From Vicugna vicugna (Eukaryota), in contig MU057701.1 in the NCBI GenBank assembly GCA_013265495.1, forward strand, positions 186,001 through 250,000: a stretch of 64,000 nucleotides of DNA, in the 5' to 3' direction. A program made the translations under genes and the position numbers. Every line of letters begins with the position of its first letter. Position 1 is the stretch's first letter. The notes beneath the pieces are model-generated. The model had not been told where the DNA came from. It did no database searches and worked only from the letters and a program-made list of their open reading frames with translations. Below are positions 1 through 11,662 of the stretch, in pieces.

Positions 1-1199
1 GGACCACGGTTCATGAAAGAGGCAGGATGGTGCAGCTCAAGTTAGTGGAAACGACTACTTAAAACAGCAAAGCCAACTTCCAGTGATCTTTCTGGCACTG
101 CTGAGATGTGCCTTCCTCTGGCAATACCCTGAGTACAGCACCAAAGGCCATGTCATAGGTGACCCCCGTGAGTGGTCGTTTGTGAAGGACCCCAGGTCAA
201 AGGACAATGATCTATATGAGGATCAAGCTCAGGGTGATGCCGCAGATGATCCTATGAGATAACAAGAGGAAACCAGGAGTCGGAAGAAAATTGCAAAAGG
301 CTCGGGGAGGTGGGATGGAGATTCAAGCAGATCTCATCTGGATTTTAAGGGACAGGGTGAGCCCAGTTGATAGCTGGTGTTCTGGGGAACTGAGTGTCTC
401 CCAAAAGAGCAGGTGCTCAAAATTATTTCTCCAGGAGAAGGACAAGGTTAGGTGGGTTGAGTTGGGCTGGCAAGGGATAGGATGGGACACATGAGATGGG
501 CTCAGCCACTAGGACTCATTTGCCTGGGTCTTCTTGGGAAGATGTTAGTCTAGGCTAGAGGAGCTTCCTGTGGTTTGAGAAAAGTCAACTGGGCCATTCA
601 AGTGCGAAACCCATGACCTTGACCTGAATTCTGTATCTAACTTCATCTACAGACACTTCCCGCCTTCCAACAGACTGATCTGGGGCAGGTTTAGAACTTA
701 GAAAACATTTTCCAGTAGAAATGGCCCTTTACAATATTCTTCGGTCTCCTTCAGTTGTGGTTTGTGTCCAGCCCACAAAACCGGGGTTAACCTGCAATGT
801 GTCTGGACCATGCTGCTAACATGTCTTGCGATCCTAGCTACCATTTAAAATATTTTTTTCCCCACAAAGGAAAACACAGTGCTAGTTGTAATTTTAAAAC
901 AAAACAAAGAAGCAAAGAATGATGCTTTTCCAAGGTCATTGTGAAAGTGGACATTTCCAGGCCTTCATCACTAGCTCATGGGGGAGGGACAAGTGTGAGA
1001 AACTCATGGAGGGGAGAAATTCTGGCAGTGAGGACTCAGATGCAAACAAGGGAAGCACAAGTTATATTCATGAATCAGTAAAACTGATGTGAATCAGTTA
1101 AGAAACACTTAAACATCAGGCACTGCTTCCCTAGTTATGGATCGAGACATGGAAAGGCACCATCTATCCACCCACCATCTTGAACTCCCCCTTACACAT

Positions 1200-1360
1200 C
1201 CTTGCCAACTGGTTACTCAACCTCTGCTTGAATATCCCCAGGGACAGGATGCGCACTGTCACCCAAGGGAATAACTTTCTGCTCTCAAGAGCTCTCCGTT
1301 GATAAAACGTGGCATAAACACGTGAACCACCTTTCCTGATCTCATTGTGTCCTTGGAGCT
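1200..1360. mobile_element. Probable L3/CR1 LINE remnant
   Basis: AACCTCTGCTTGAATATCCCCAGGGACAGG...CACTGTCACCCAAGG resembles the CR1/L3 3' region. Confidence 0.45.
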
Positions 1361-1513
1361 GGAACCCTCCCACCCCTGGGGTTGGGGGATTAGTGAGGAG
1401 GATGCATGTCTAGGGGGGAGAACCCAAAGCCAAGGCGGTTCACAAAGACCTGAATGTTGGGGTCCCTCTCTGCACCCTAACACATGCCAGTGTCCTATGG
1501 CACTGTGACGACT

Positions 1514-1840
1514 TGTCTTAGTTTGAGCTGCTATAAGAATATCTCAGACTGGGGGACTTGAACATCCAATATTACTCCCGCTGGCTGCGGAGTCTGAGTG
1601 CCGGATGGCGGCGTGGTGGGTTCAGGTGGGCGCTCTCTTCCAGGATTCCTTGTGTGGTGGAGGGAGAGAGCTTGGTTCTCTTCATCCCCTTGTAAAGGCA
1701 TCAGTCGCATCATGGCAGCTCCACCCCCATCACTGCACCCAAATCGAGTTACTTCTCCACCTCCACCTACCATCCCATTGAGGGTTAAGGCTTCAATATA
1801 TGAATTTGGGGAGGGGAGTACATAAACGCAGTCCGTAATA
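1514..1840 (-). mobile_element. MLT1A-type MaLR solo LTR
   Basis: TGTCTTAGTTTGAGCTGCTATAA... to ...GGCTTCAATATATGAATTTGGGG...CAGTCCGTAATA match the MLT1A termini in reverse. Confidence 0.8.
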
Positions 1841-1919
1841 CCGCTGTTTATTGAGCCATTTGTATATGCTTTAATACTTAGTATTATATACTAAATGTAC
1901 AATTATTAGGTGGTAATAG

Positions 1920-2055
1920 ATATGACTGCTGTTCCCATTTGACAGATGAGGAAAGGGAGGCTGGCAGCTTTTGGTAACTTGTCCAAAGTTGACCCAGTTA
2001 GTAAGTGGCAGAGCTGTCAGGGCCTGGAGTCCATGCCCTTGAACCACGACACTCA
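1920..2055 (-). mobile_element. MIR SINE
   Basis: CCCATTTGACAGATGAGGAAA...TAACTTGTCCAAAG...AGTAAGTGGCAGAGC core. Confidence 0.8.
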
Positions 2056-3169
2056 GTCCTGCCTCGGGGGCTTCATCAGCCTGCATCCTCTCCATTCCTC
2101 CCAACCAGCCCCCTCCTCCTTCCTTGCCAGAAACGCAGGGTGTCCTGCATTTATCCATCACAGGAGGACCAGGACAGAACAGGGTCCTCCCTGGGCATCT
2201 GTCTGTATTCCATGGGAAACTGTGCTCTGCTGAGAGTGAGGGAGAGTCTGGTTTTGGGGTGGCACAGATTGTGACCACGCTTGTGTGGTCTTGCCTCCAT
2301 GAGTGGCTGCCCCGGAAGGCGCAGGGCGGAGAGGCAGAAGCAGACAGCAGATCCAGAAGCAGCTGCTCCAAACACCTTCTCCCTGGAGAAGTCATCGATT
2401 TTTTTTTTTAATAAATAAAAAACCCAAAGTAAACCAATATCTTCAGAGGCACTCTGTGTTCTGTTCCCAGAGGTGAAAAGATTTGACGCCTCCCACCTCT
2501 TTCCCCTCCCTCCCTTCCCTGCACCCCCCCCCACTTTCTCCAGCCTCCCTCTCTCTCTGAAGCTTGTTTGTGAAGCTCAGCCTAGCAAGGCTGTCTTCTG
2601 GAGCGTCTAGACTTGGTATCAGTGGCAACACCAAAGAAATGTATTCTTTTCATATGCTTGTCTGCTTCTGTCTAAACCCAGAATAATGATTTTCTCCTAA
2701 ATGAATAGATCTTCGCTTTTTTCTCTCCCCTAGAAAGTGGAGCAGGCAGCAGTTTCCTTGTACTGGATCAGGCTGCGCCCAGTGACAACTCAGCATCTTG
2801 TCTGTTCGTCTTAGAAGAAATCCTTCCTTGCTTTCATGTGAATTTGTGTCTGAATGACTTGCGCATGCCATGTGGCACGCCACGCCGAGGGGACTAACAG
2901 TGAATCTTGTTAGTGCGGTCGGCAGGAGGAGCTGAGGCCGCACCAGCTCTGTCTCTCCTTTCCCGAGCATCTACTGCGTGCTCCGCACTTGGGGTGTGTG
3001 AACTTGTATTCGGAGGAGATGCGTGTGTCTCTCCCTGCCTGGAACGAAAGACCATGTATCTAGTGCATGACAAAGTAAATCTTTGTCTGATGGATGGGTC
3101 TTCGGCATCACTGGGTGGTAGCCTGCACAAAGCACCACGATATTTTGTAGCATCATTCATCAAGAGGTG

Positions 3170-3580
3170 ACGTCATCAATTTCGCTGCCTCTTGAATCTA
3201 GGCTGGCCTGGTCTTGCATTGGGATACAATGAAAGTGACACGTGATTTTCAGGCTTAAACTTCAAGAGGTCTAGCACCTTCTGGTCCTTCCACTCCTGCA
3301 GCTCTTGGAAACTTGAGCCATCATCTGAAGGAGCCCGCTGGATGATGAGAGACGCAGGCTACCGCCCTCACCCCGTCCAAATGCCAGCTGACTTCCAGAG
3401 GCAGTACCACCTCGCTACTTGGTGGCTAAGAGCAAACACCCGAAGTACGCCCAGCCAGGGCCTGACCCAGACCCAGCCGGGGTCAGCTGAGTCTGACCCA
3501 GCTGATCTTAGAGCTGCTGAGGTAAACCAAGTTGCAAAATTGTGGCCTAAAGAAATCATGGTTGTTTTTTTAATCTTTAA
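3170..3580 (+). mobile_element. Old MLT1-type MaLR LTR remnant
   Basis: CCTCTTGAATCTAGGCTGGCCT...AAGTGACA...CTTCAAGAGG...CTCTTGGAA pattern. Confidence 0.55.
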
Positions 3581-3764
3581 TAATGTATTTTGCCCCAGCT
3601 TTTCAATTAAGAAAGCAATACGTGTTTTTATGGAATAACTTGGAAGTACATAATACCACTGTTAACATTTTGTATTCTTAGTTTTATGCATATCTGGATG
3701 TGCTACTTTTTCAAAATAGGATCACGTTCCACACACTGAATTGCATCGTATTTTTTTGTAAATA

Positions 3765-4042
3765 TATTTGTTTTACTGAAGTACAGTCAGTTTACAATGT
3801 TGTGTCAATTTCTGGTGTACAGCATAATGTTTCAGTCATACGTGAACATGCATATATTTGTTTTCATATTCTTTTCCACCATGTTACTACAAGATATTGA
3901 ATACAGTTCCCTGTGCTATACAGTATGAATTTGTTGTTTATCTATTTTATATATATTAAGTTAGTATCTGCAAATATCGAACTCCCAATTTATCCCTTCC
4001 CATCCCCCTCCCCCTGGAAACCATAAGTTTGTTTTCTATGTC
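3765..4042 (-). mobile_element. Lineage-specific L1 3' end, inserted in an older L1M remnant
   Basis: TGAAGTACAGTCAGTTTACAATGTTGTGTCAATTTCTGGTGTACAGCATA...GTTCCCTGTGCTATACAGTA...CCATAAGTTTGTTTTCTATGTC is an antisense cetartiodactyl-type L1 3' UTR. Confidence 0.85.
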
Positions 4043-4357
4043 TTTTTTTTAAAGCAATGAATTATGAACATTTTTTGTTACCAAAAAATACTATTTTGCA
4101 ATATTCTTTTTGATTAACTGTATATATTGTATTACATTGTCGTAATTTCCTGAAACAATCCTCTATGGATGGACTTGTGCACTGTTCTTACATTTTGCTG
4201 CTTCTTAAATAGCATGGTGATGAATATACTTGCTGAGATAGTTTGAGACATAGCCTTGATTATTTTCTTAGGGCAAATTATTTTAAAACGGAAATGCTGA
4301 ATTAAAGAAAAGCTCCATTTTTCAAGACTTTGGACCACGTTTTGTTTTTGCAGTATA

Positions 4358-4840
4358 GAAGTATTTCTCAAGCTTTCTGATTTGGGGGACTTTTTATACT
4401 CTTAGAAATTTATTGAGGATCCCAAACAGCTTTTGTTGATGTGTGTTATTTCTAGTAATACTAACCATCTTAGAAATTAAAGCACAGAGATTTTTTGAAT
4501 ATCAGTTCATTTAAAATAATGACAATAAATTCATTTAATGTTAACAAAATACATTTAATGAAAAATAAATATTTCATAAAACAAAAATAATTACTGAAGA
4601 GAGTGCATTGTTTTACATTTTTTTGCAACTGTAACATCTGACTTCATGAAAGATGCTGGATTCTTATGTCTGGATTTTATATCACAATATCACAGATCAT
4701 GGAGTTTCTGGAAAACTCCATAGTACACTAGTGAGAAAATGTCACATAGCATCTTAAAATCATTATGAAAATAATCTTGATTTCCCAGATTTTCTGAAAG
4801 AGTCTCAAGGAGCCCTGGGTATCCTTAGAACATTATCTTT
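4358..4840. mobile_element. hAT-Charlie DNA transposon, MER119-like
   Basis: TTTATACTCTTAGAAATTTATTGAGGATCCCAAACAGCTTTTG...AGAAATTAAA...TCTGGAAAACTCCATAGTACAC matches MER119 as recalled. Confidence 0.7.
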
Positions 4841-6059
4841 AAAAAAAAACCAAAAACTTTCTAATTTGTTAAGCAAAAAATAGGTTCTCTGTTGTTGCTT
4901 CTTTAACCTTTATTGAGATATAAATTACATACTATAAATCATTATTGTTTTAAGCCACTAAATTTCAGGGGTTTTGTTACACAGCCAGAGCTAACTGATA
5001 TAAATTATATATTAATATTGACAGTGAAATAAAAGCACTGAATAATACATGAAATAAATAGCTTCTGTACAGTCAAGACAGACTAAATCAATAAGTGGCA
5101 TTATTATCATTATTGTTACTATTTGTAACAGTCAAATATTTACTGAGTTCCTGCTATAAGCATTTATTATTCTCTGTCTCACTCAGATTACTCAATAACC
5201 ACCCCATGAAGGAGGTTTTATTGGTTCAGTTCCTGTCCCAACAGATTTTAAGAAATTATTATTGTCCATGCCGTGGTTCCATGGGAAACCCAAAAGAATT
5301 AGATGACACTACCTCAGTTCACAAAAAGTTGGCAAGATGCATGAATGTGAAACATCTAAAGAACAACATCCATTCATTCTTTCACTTATTCTGTAAGTAT
5401 ATTTTGAGTATCTGCTTTGCACAAGGCTCCGTGCTAGACTCTGAGGGAGACAGAGACTAAGGGTGGATTCCTGTCCCTCCACTGGCTCCCGGCTTAAGGG
5501 GTCTGTCCAGTGGTGGTCTACATACAGAAATGCCGAACCACACATCACAACACAGAGAGATTCCAGGAAAATAAAGATCACTGGGGTTGGGGGTAATTTC
5601 ACATGGGAGGCAAGAGTTCTACAGTCAGGTTATGAGGGGAGAGACTGTTTCAGGGAGCACAGAAATGCAAAAGCGGTGAGTATGGTTGCTGGAGAGCAGG
5701 GAGTTGAGGGTTTACGTTTGGGGAGAGGGAGCTCAGACTGCCCACCATAAGGTGGGGCTGATGGGATAACCCGGGATCTAAACATTTCCATGGAATAGTC
5801 CAGAGACAGCAAATACGAGGCAACCTCCTGCCACTTCCTTGTTCTGAATGGCAGACATTATCAATCAACCAACCTCCTGCCAACAAGCCTGGGTCTTTTT
5901 CAAGCCAGTGCTCCAGGCAGCCCCAACTAAGCAGTCAGAGTTTGCATACGTGATGAACCCTATTCGCCAGTTGCTAGAATAGTCATTCTCTTTCCTGAGG
6001 ACAAAGACAAAAATATTCCGCCGGGCAGGATAAGCTGAATTATATAGTATAAAAGAGAA

Positions 6060-6245
6060 CCAGCTTTCGAGCCAGACTTCCTGAGGCTGGACCCTGGTTT
6101 CTCCGTGTGTCGGCTGTGACAACTTGTGAAAGAGTGTTGATCTCTCTGTACTTTGGTTTCCATGTCTGTAAAGTAAGGCTGATAGGGTCGCTAAGAGGCT
6201 TACGTGAGATGATACAAAGCACTTGGAACCGTGCCCAAACCATCA
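6060..6245 (+). mobile_element. MIR SINE
   Basis: GCTGTGACAACTTG...TCTCTGTACTTTGGTTTCCATGTCTGTAAAGT...GTGAGATGATACAAAGCACTTGGAACCGTGCC. Confidence 0.7.
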
Positions 6246-6719
6246 CTATTTTGTTCCAACGCTCAGAATCTTAATTTCTTAATCTTTCTCCGCTGTAACA
6301 GTCAGCCAGCCTCCAGGTGGGTTGAGATGAGAAAGTATGCTTAGCAAAGGTGCGTTAAGCACCCAAATGTGACAAGCTTTGCTCTGTAGATGGGGACAGA
6401 GCCCATGACTCCAAAAGGCCTCTGCGAAGAAAAGTCAGCACCAGCCCCACGGACTCCTGGAAGCACATTTCTAAGGACACACCGAGCAAAGAGTTTTGGT
6501 GTCCTTGCTCTATATCGGGAGGCAGCAGAGTGATGTGCTCTTTCCTCTATGATTTTAAGAAGTCCTTATGAATCCTCAAGTCCACTATTTGATCTGCCTG
6601 GTTAATTGGATGTCCTAACATTGGGAGAAGGACAACTCTGGCCAGAAGACTAAATATGCCCTGTTTCTAGACTCTGTAATAAGGAATGAGAGACGATCAA
6701 AGGGCAAGGGTGCAAACTC

Positions 6720-7255
6720 CCCATTGAAGGTAAAACTCTTTCATGTCGGTAAGAACATAGCCTACAAGTCAGTAGAAAACTAGGCAAAGGCTTGATCAGA
6801 GAGTTCACAGGAGAAGGAATACTGAAAGCTCTTATGAATCTTCTCTTATAATATGTGGGAAAATTTACATTGACATAAAATGGTAGAACCTTGTACAGAT
6901 CAGCTTGGCAATATCCATCAAGATTACAAATGCACCTGCCCATTATCAGCATTGAAGAACTGAGCGCATATGAAACGACGTACGTACAAGATTATGCAGC
7001 ATTATTTGTGTTGGCTAAAGATGAGGGGCAATCAACAGGGACTCAAATTATGACACATCTAATGGAATAATATGCAGCCACAAAAAAGAATAAGAAAGAT
7101 CTTATACACAGAAATTGGATCATCTTCAAGAGATATAGGTAAGTCTTTTGAAAGCAAGATATAGAATACCATTTATAGTGTGCTGTTATTTTTCTGTTAA
7201 AAAAAAGGAAAAATATATTTGCTCATTTTCAGAAACTCGCTCTGCAGGATACACA
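6720..7255 (+). mobile_element. Old L1M (L1ME-like) remnant
   Basis: TTGGCAATATCCATCAAGATTACAAATGCAC...AATGGAATAATATGCAGCCACAAAAAAGAAT. Confidence 0.65.
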
Positions 7256-7269
7256 CACATTGAATAACA

Positions 7270-7450
7270 ATCAACAACCTCATAACAGCCAGCAAAGCAG
7301 GCATTACCGTCCTGATTTGTACACAGGGAAATCGAAACTCCGAAAGTTTAAGTTACGCGGCCAGGGTTCTACAGCTTGTGTGTGGTTGGTCGGGCTGGGA
7401 TTCGAACTCAGGGCGATCAAATTCCAAAAGCTTTGCTTTCAGCCCCCGCT
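7270..7450 (-). mobile_element. MIR SINE
   Basis: CCTCATAACAGCC...ACAGGGAAATCGAAACTC...GGGCTGGGATTCGAACTCAGG. Confidence 0.7.
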
Positions 7451-9554
7451 CAGCACCTCATCTTTGACACCTGTATGTGTAAAGAAATGAGCTTTCCTAG
7501 AGAGGTGATGCATGTCCTTCTCTGGTCCTGTGTGAACTGATCGCATTCGGCAGGAAACTAGATAGCCTTGGCCCTGGCCCTCAGTCAGATGGGAAGGTCG
7601 AAATCATGGGCCTCAGACATTTTCTCCAAATTGATGATTTGAAGTGGTGAGGTCTCTTAGAGACACAGCTACCCAAGCTTTTGAAAATGACCAGGAGGTA
7701 TGTGCTAATGGCTAATGAGAGCTGGGTAACAGACCTGCTGTAAATCAATACAGTGGAGTAGCTACTCTGTGTTTCTGTTATAAAACCTAGTCTTAGACCG
7801 CCGGCTCCTATTTGGAGTGATGGAGTCTTTGAGTCAGACGGCACTTCCATCACAATTCTCAGGTGTGAGCACCGGGACATTATTCTAGCTGGTTTCAGCC
7901 AAAGAGGAATTTATTAAGGATTATTATGCAAATCATAAATTCTGCAGGAGGTTGGGGAATCAGATTGGAGGAGGCAGCAAGTTCCATCACTGGCTTCCAG
8001 TAGAGATGTTCACAGCACAGGAGTGCCCTGCATGGGCGCCACCACCAGGGCCTGCACCGCTGCTGCCCCTGAAATCTCCACCTCTCTCCACCGAATGACA
8101 GCTGCAAGCCATGCCTCTCTGTGCAAGGGAGGCTGGGAACGTGAGCTCTGGTTTCTACCTGGGGCGGTGGGGAGGGGAACTCATAACGTAGGAAGCTCTC
8201 CAAGCATAGGAGGGGCTGTCTTCACCATGACAGACACAAGGAATCTTAGAGACTGCACCTAGTCTGGCACTTTAAATCAACAGATGAGACGCAGAGAGGG
8301 GACAGGATTGGCCCAGCCTCACACAGAGTGAAAGATCATGACCAGCATCTTCACCTGGGCTGACTCCTGGCCGAGTGTCTTCTGGTGGTATTACCACATC
8401 TTCGTTCATTCCTTAGCAAATGTTCGGTGAACACCTGTGCTGGTGAGGTCTCTCAAAAACACAGCTATGCAAATAACGCCAGTGCCAAGACTGGGATACA
8501 CCGTCAAAGGTGACCTCAGGAAGCTTACTTGTTGTGGGGAAGACCCTGGGTCTGTGAGCCAGCCAGTGCCATGTGCTAAGCTGTACCCTCTCTGCCACCA
8601 GGCCACATCCCAGAATCACAACACCTACCTCCAAGCCCCCTCCTCTGGGGTGCCCTCCTTCACCGGCTCAGCCTGCAGCCATCGCCTTGTACCAGTTGTC
8701 CCTTCTTCAACCAGCACTTACCAGGCACCACGCAGAGCAATTATGAGACGCCCCCGGAATCCAGAGATGGTTAATGTATTTACAAGTGCTAGGACGGCCT
8801 GGAAAGGGACTTAGAAGTGAACTTTGAGGGAGGCTGTATTCTACTCCTGAGGGTCTGAAATCTTTCCCCAGAGGAGATGCTGCTTGAATTGGCACTTGAG
8901 AGACGGAGAGGCATTTTCTAGGCAGACAGGTGAGGAAGAGTGTTCCAGGCAGTGAGAACAGCACGACTCTGGGCATGGGGGTGGGGAACGGCCTTTAAAG
9001 CCACATCCGTTTGCCACGTGACCGTCAGGCAAACATTGTCCAAGGCGTGGGCATGTTTCTGCAGACCCCGGGGCGTGGAGCCCACCTTATTCATGCCTGG
9101 GTTTTGCTGCTGTTTGCCCCAGTCACCCCCCTGCACGTGGGCCTCCCAGACCCCTGCTCGTTATCCACGTGGGAGTTGATTCCCACCTCTTGGTGAAGTG
9201 GCATTTTCCTTTCCTTTCCTTTTCATGTAGAAATCTGTCACCACGTTTCCACAGCCTCACTTGCTCTTTGGTGAAAATAAATAGATAAATAATTTTTTTA
9301 CAAAACTAATTAGCAGAGAGGAAGATGCTAATGTGTTTTGCCAACTGTATCTCTCCTCAGCTCGCTACCAGCCGGCCCAGGGTTGGGGACGGACTCTGGC
9401 TGTTTGGAGTCGGTCGGCACCTTCAGAAATAGCAGGCAGCTCCAAGCCCATGGGCTTCGGAACTGCTTTCCATCCTCTGGCCGACTGTCCACCTGCTGGC
9501 CACGTGGACTTAGCTTTCATGATGAATAAAACCTTCGGTTGGTGGAAAAGCCTG

Positions 9555-9880
9555 TAATGGGATGGAGCCCAGGTTCTGGAGTCAGACAGACTTAGGTGGG
9601 ATTTCTGCATCTGCTATTTACCAGAGGACTTTCTTAGCCTCAGTTTTCTCATCTGCAAAATGGGATTGCTGAAGATGCCAGTCTCCTAGGGCTGTTGTGA
9701 GGATTCAGTGAGGTGATGCACTGAATTCCTAGGGTACCAAGTAGTGTAGTCTCCATCTTACAGTTAAAAACCATGAAGCTCCCAAGGGTGAAGTGACCTA
9801 CCCAAGGTCACACTGTGCACAGGGATGTGTTGCTGGGTCTGCCTAGTCCAGTCCTCATGATCTCACACTGTGCCATCCTC
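9555..9880. mobile_element. Two adjacent MIRs in opposite orientation (+ 9555-9725, - 9750-9880)
   Basis: CTGGAGTCAGACAGAC...GCCTCAGTTTTCTCATCTGCAAAATGGG, then AAGTGACCTACCCAAGGTCACAC. Confidence 0.75.
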
Positions 9881-10389
9881 CAGCTTGACAGAGACCCAGA
9901 ACGTCCTCTGAAACAGCTCTGGGTCTCAGATCCTGCCTCTGATATCAGGCAGAAAAGAAAAAGCCAGTTCCCCTCCCTTTGGGACAGACTTGGGAATCCT
10001 GCCTTGGGGGAGCTTTGAATTCAGGAAGCATATTTTCCAACTGACACCGAGACCTGAGGTCTGACAAGGGGGCCCCCCTTTGAAATCAGGAGGCTCCTGG
10101 GAAATCCTTGGTGTGGGCAACCTTGGTAGGGAGAGTGAGGTGGGCTGGCACCCGCTGAGCAGCCTACGAGAGGGCTGTCTCTCTTCTGTCCCTCGTTGGT
10201 GTTTTATTATCTGGCTGGATGAGAGGGTTCCAGCCTGGTGGAGCAGGTCCTTGGAGATTTCCTTTGAAAATCGTCACATGCACAGTTACCACTTCAGAAA
10301 CATCTATGGACACCGAGGCAGTAAGGTCTGGCATCCTGTTTACGCCCACAGTGATACACGCACATCAGCACCATGCTGAGGACAGACGG

Positions 10390-10535
10390 GCAACCCGAGA
10401 GGCAGGTCCTGTATCAACGCCCACATTAAGGTGAGGAAACCAGGCCCAGAGAGGGGAAGGCCCTTGCCCAGGGTCACACAGCTGGTGAGGAGCAGAACCA
10501 GAATTCAAACCCAGGGCGATCTGATCTTTCTCCAG
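10390..10535 (-). mobile_element. MIR SINE
   Basis: TGAGGAAACCAGGCCCAGAGAGGGGAAG...TTGCCCAGGGTCACACAGCTGGTGAG...ATTCAAACCCAGG. Confidence 0.8.
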
Positions 10536-10639
10536 CAGCAGGCAGCCTTCCCGAGCACCACCCCTCGATCATGAGATAAGAGAGCAAAAAAACCCAGCTG
10601 TGACACTTTGGGGACGTAAGAAGTGAAAGATGGCATCTG

Positions 10640-10990
10640 CACAAGGTTGTTTGTTCAGTGCTGTTTAAACCAGCAAACAATCTAGGCACCCACCCGAAGG
10701 GGACTAGTTAAATCAATTACGGTGCATTTATGCCATGGAGTTATATGCATGTTTAAAGATCACCAGGAAGCCCCCAGTGTGTTGAAATAGAAGGATTTCT
10801 AGGATTTATTAAGTGATAAAAAAGCCGAGGGCAGAAGGATATGTTAATATACCATTTTGTATAAACATTAGGGAAAAACGATCATCTTTATTTGTATTTG
10901 CATATGCAAAAATGCCATGGAAGGATGGGTAAGAGACTGAAGTGGATTCCTGGGGAGACCGGGGGCGAAAGTCTATGGGTAAGAATGGGG
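10640..10990 (+). mobile_element. Old L1M remnant
   Basis: GGGACTAGTTAAATCAATTACGGTGCATTTATGCCATGGAGTTATATGCA. Confidence 0.55.
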
Positions 10991-11196
10991 TTTATCTTTC
11001 ACCCTTCTTCTAGAGTTGTTTTCCCCCTTTTCTCACCTTTTTAAGATTTTGAAACAATTATAAACTCAGAAGAAGTTGCTGCAGACAGGTCCCTTGTACC
11101 CCTTATTCTGCTTTCTCAAGGGGTAACATCTTACATATCGGTCCTACTTTATCAAAACCAGGATATTACACCTTTTTTCCCCCCTGTAACCATCTC

Positions 11197-11662
11197 CTTT
11201 TTTAAAAAAAATTTTTTTAATTGTTGTAAAACAGGCATAATGTAAAATTTACCATCTTAACCATCGTGTACTGTTTTGTGGCTCTAAGTGCATTCACAGT
11301 GTTATGCAACCATCACCGCCCATCCACAGAACTCTTCTCACCTTGTAAAAGCTGAAACTCCGTGCGTGTGAAACACTAACTCTCCGTTCCAATACCACCC
11401 CCAGCCCCTGGCAACCACCGTTCTACTTTCTGTCTCTATGGATTTGACATGTAAGTGGAATCATACACGATTTGTCCTTTTGTGACTGCCTTATCTCACT
11501 TAGCATAATGTCTACAAGGTTCATCCATGCTGTGGCATGTGCCAGAGTGCCTTGCTTTTCCAAGCTGAAGAATGATTGATAAACAAAATGTGGTTTATAC
11601 ATACACTGGGATAGAATACTCACTGATGGACACTTGGGTTCCTCCCATCTTTTGGCAACTGC
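11197..11662 (-). mobile_element. L1MB-type 3' end
   Basis: AAAATTTACCATCTTAACCAT...CCAGCCCCTGGCAACCACCGTTCTACTTTCTGTCTCTATGGATTTGAC...TTCATCCATGCTGTGGCATGT; the ORF track shows the L1 ORF2-tail-like decay HATAWMNLVDIMLSEIRQSQKDK. Confidence 0.88.

Noticed and set aside
6435..6457. TCAGCACC-8nt-GGACTCC as a second RE1 site
   Set aside because: Right half-site deviates from GGACAG; plausible by chance.
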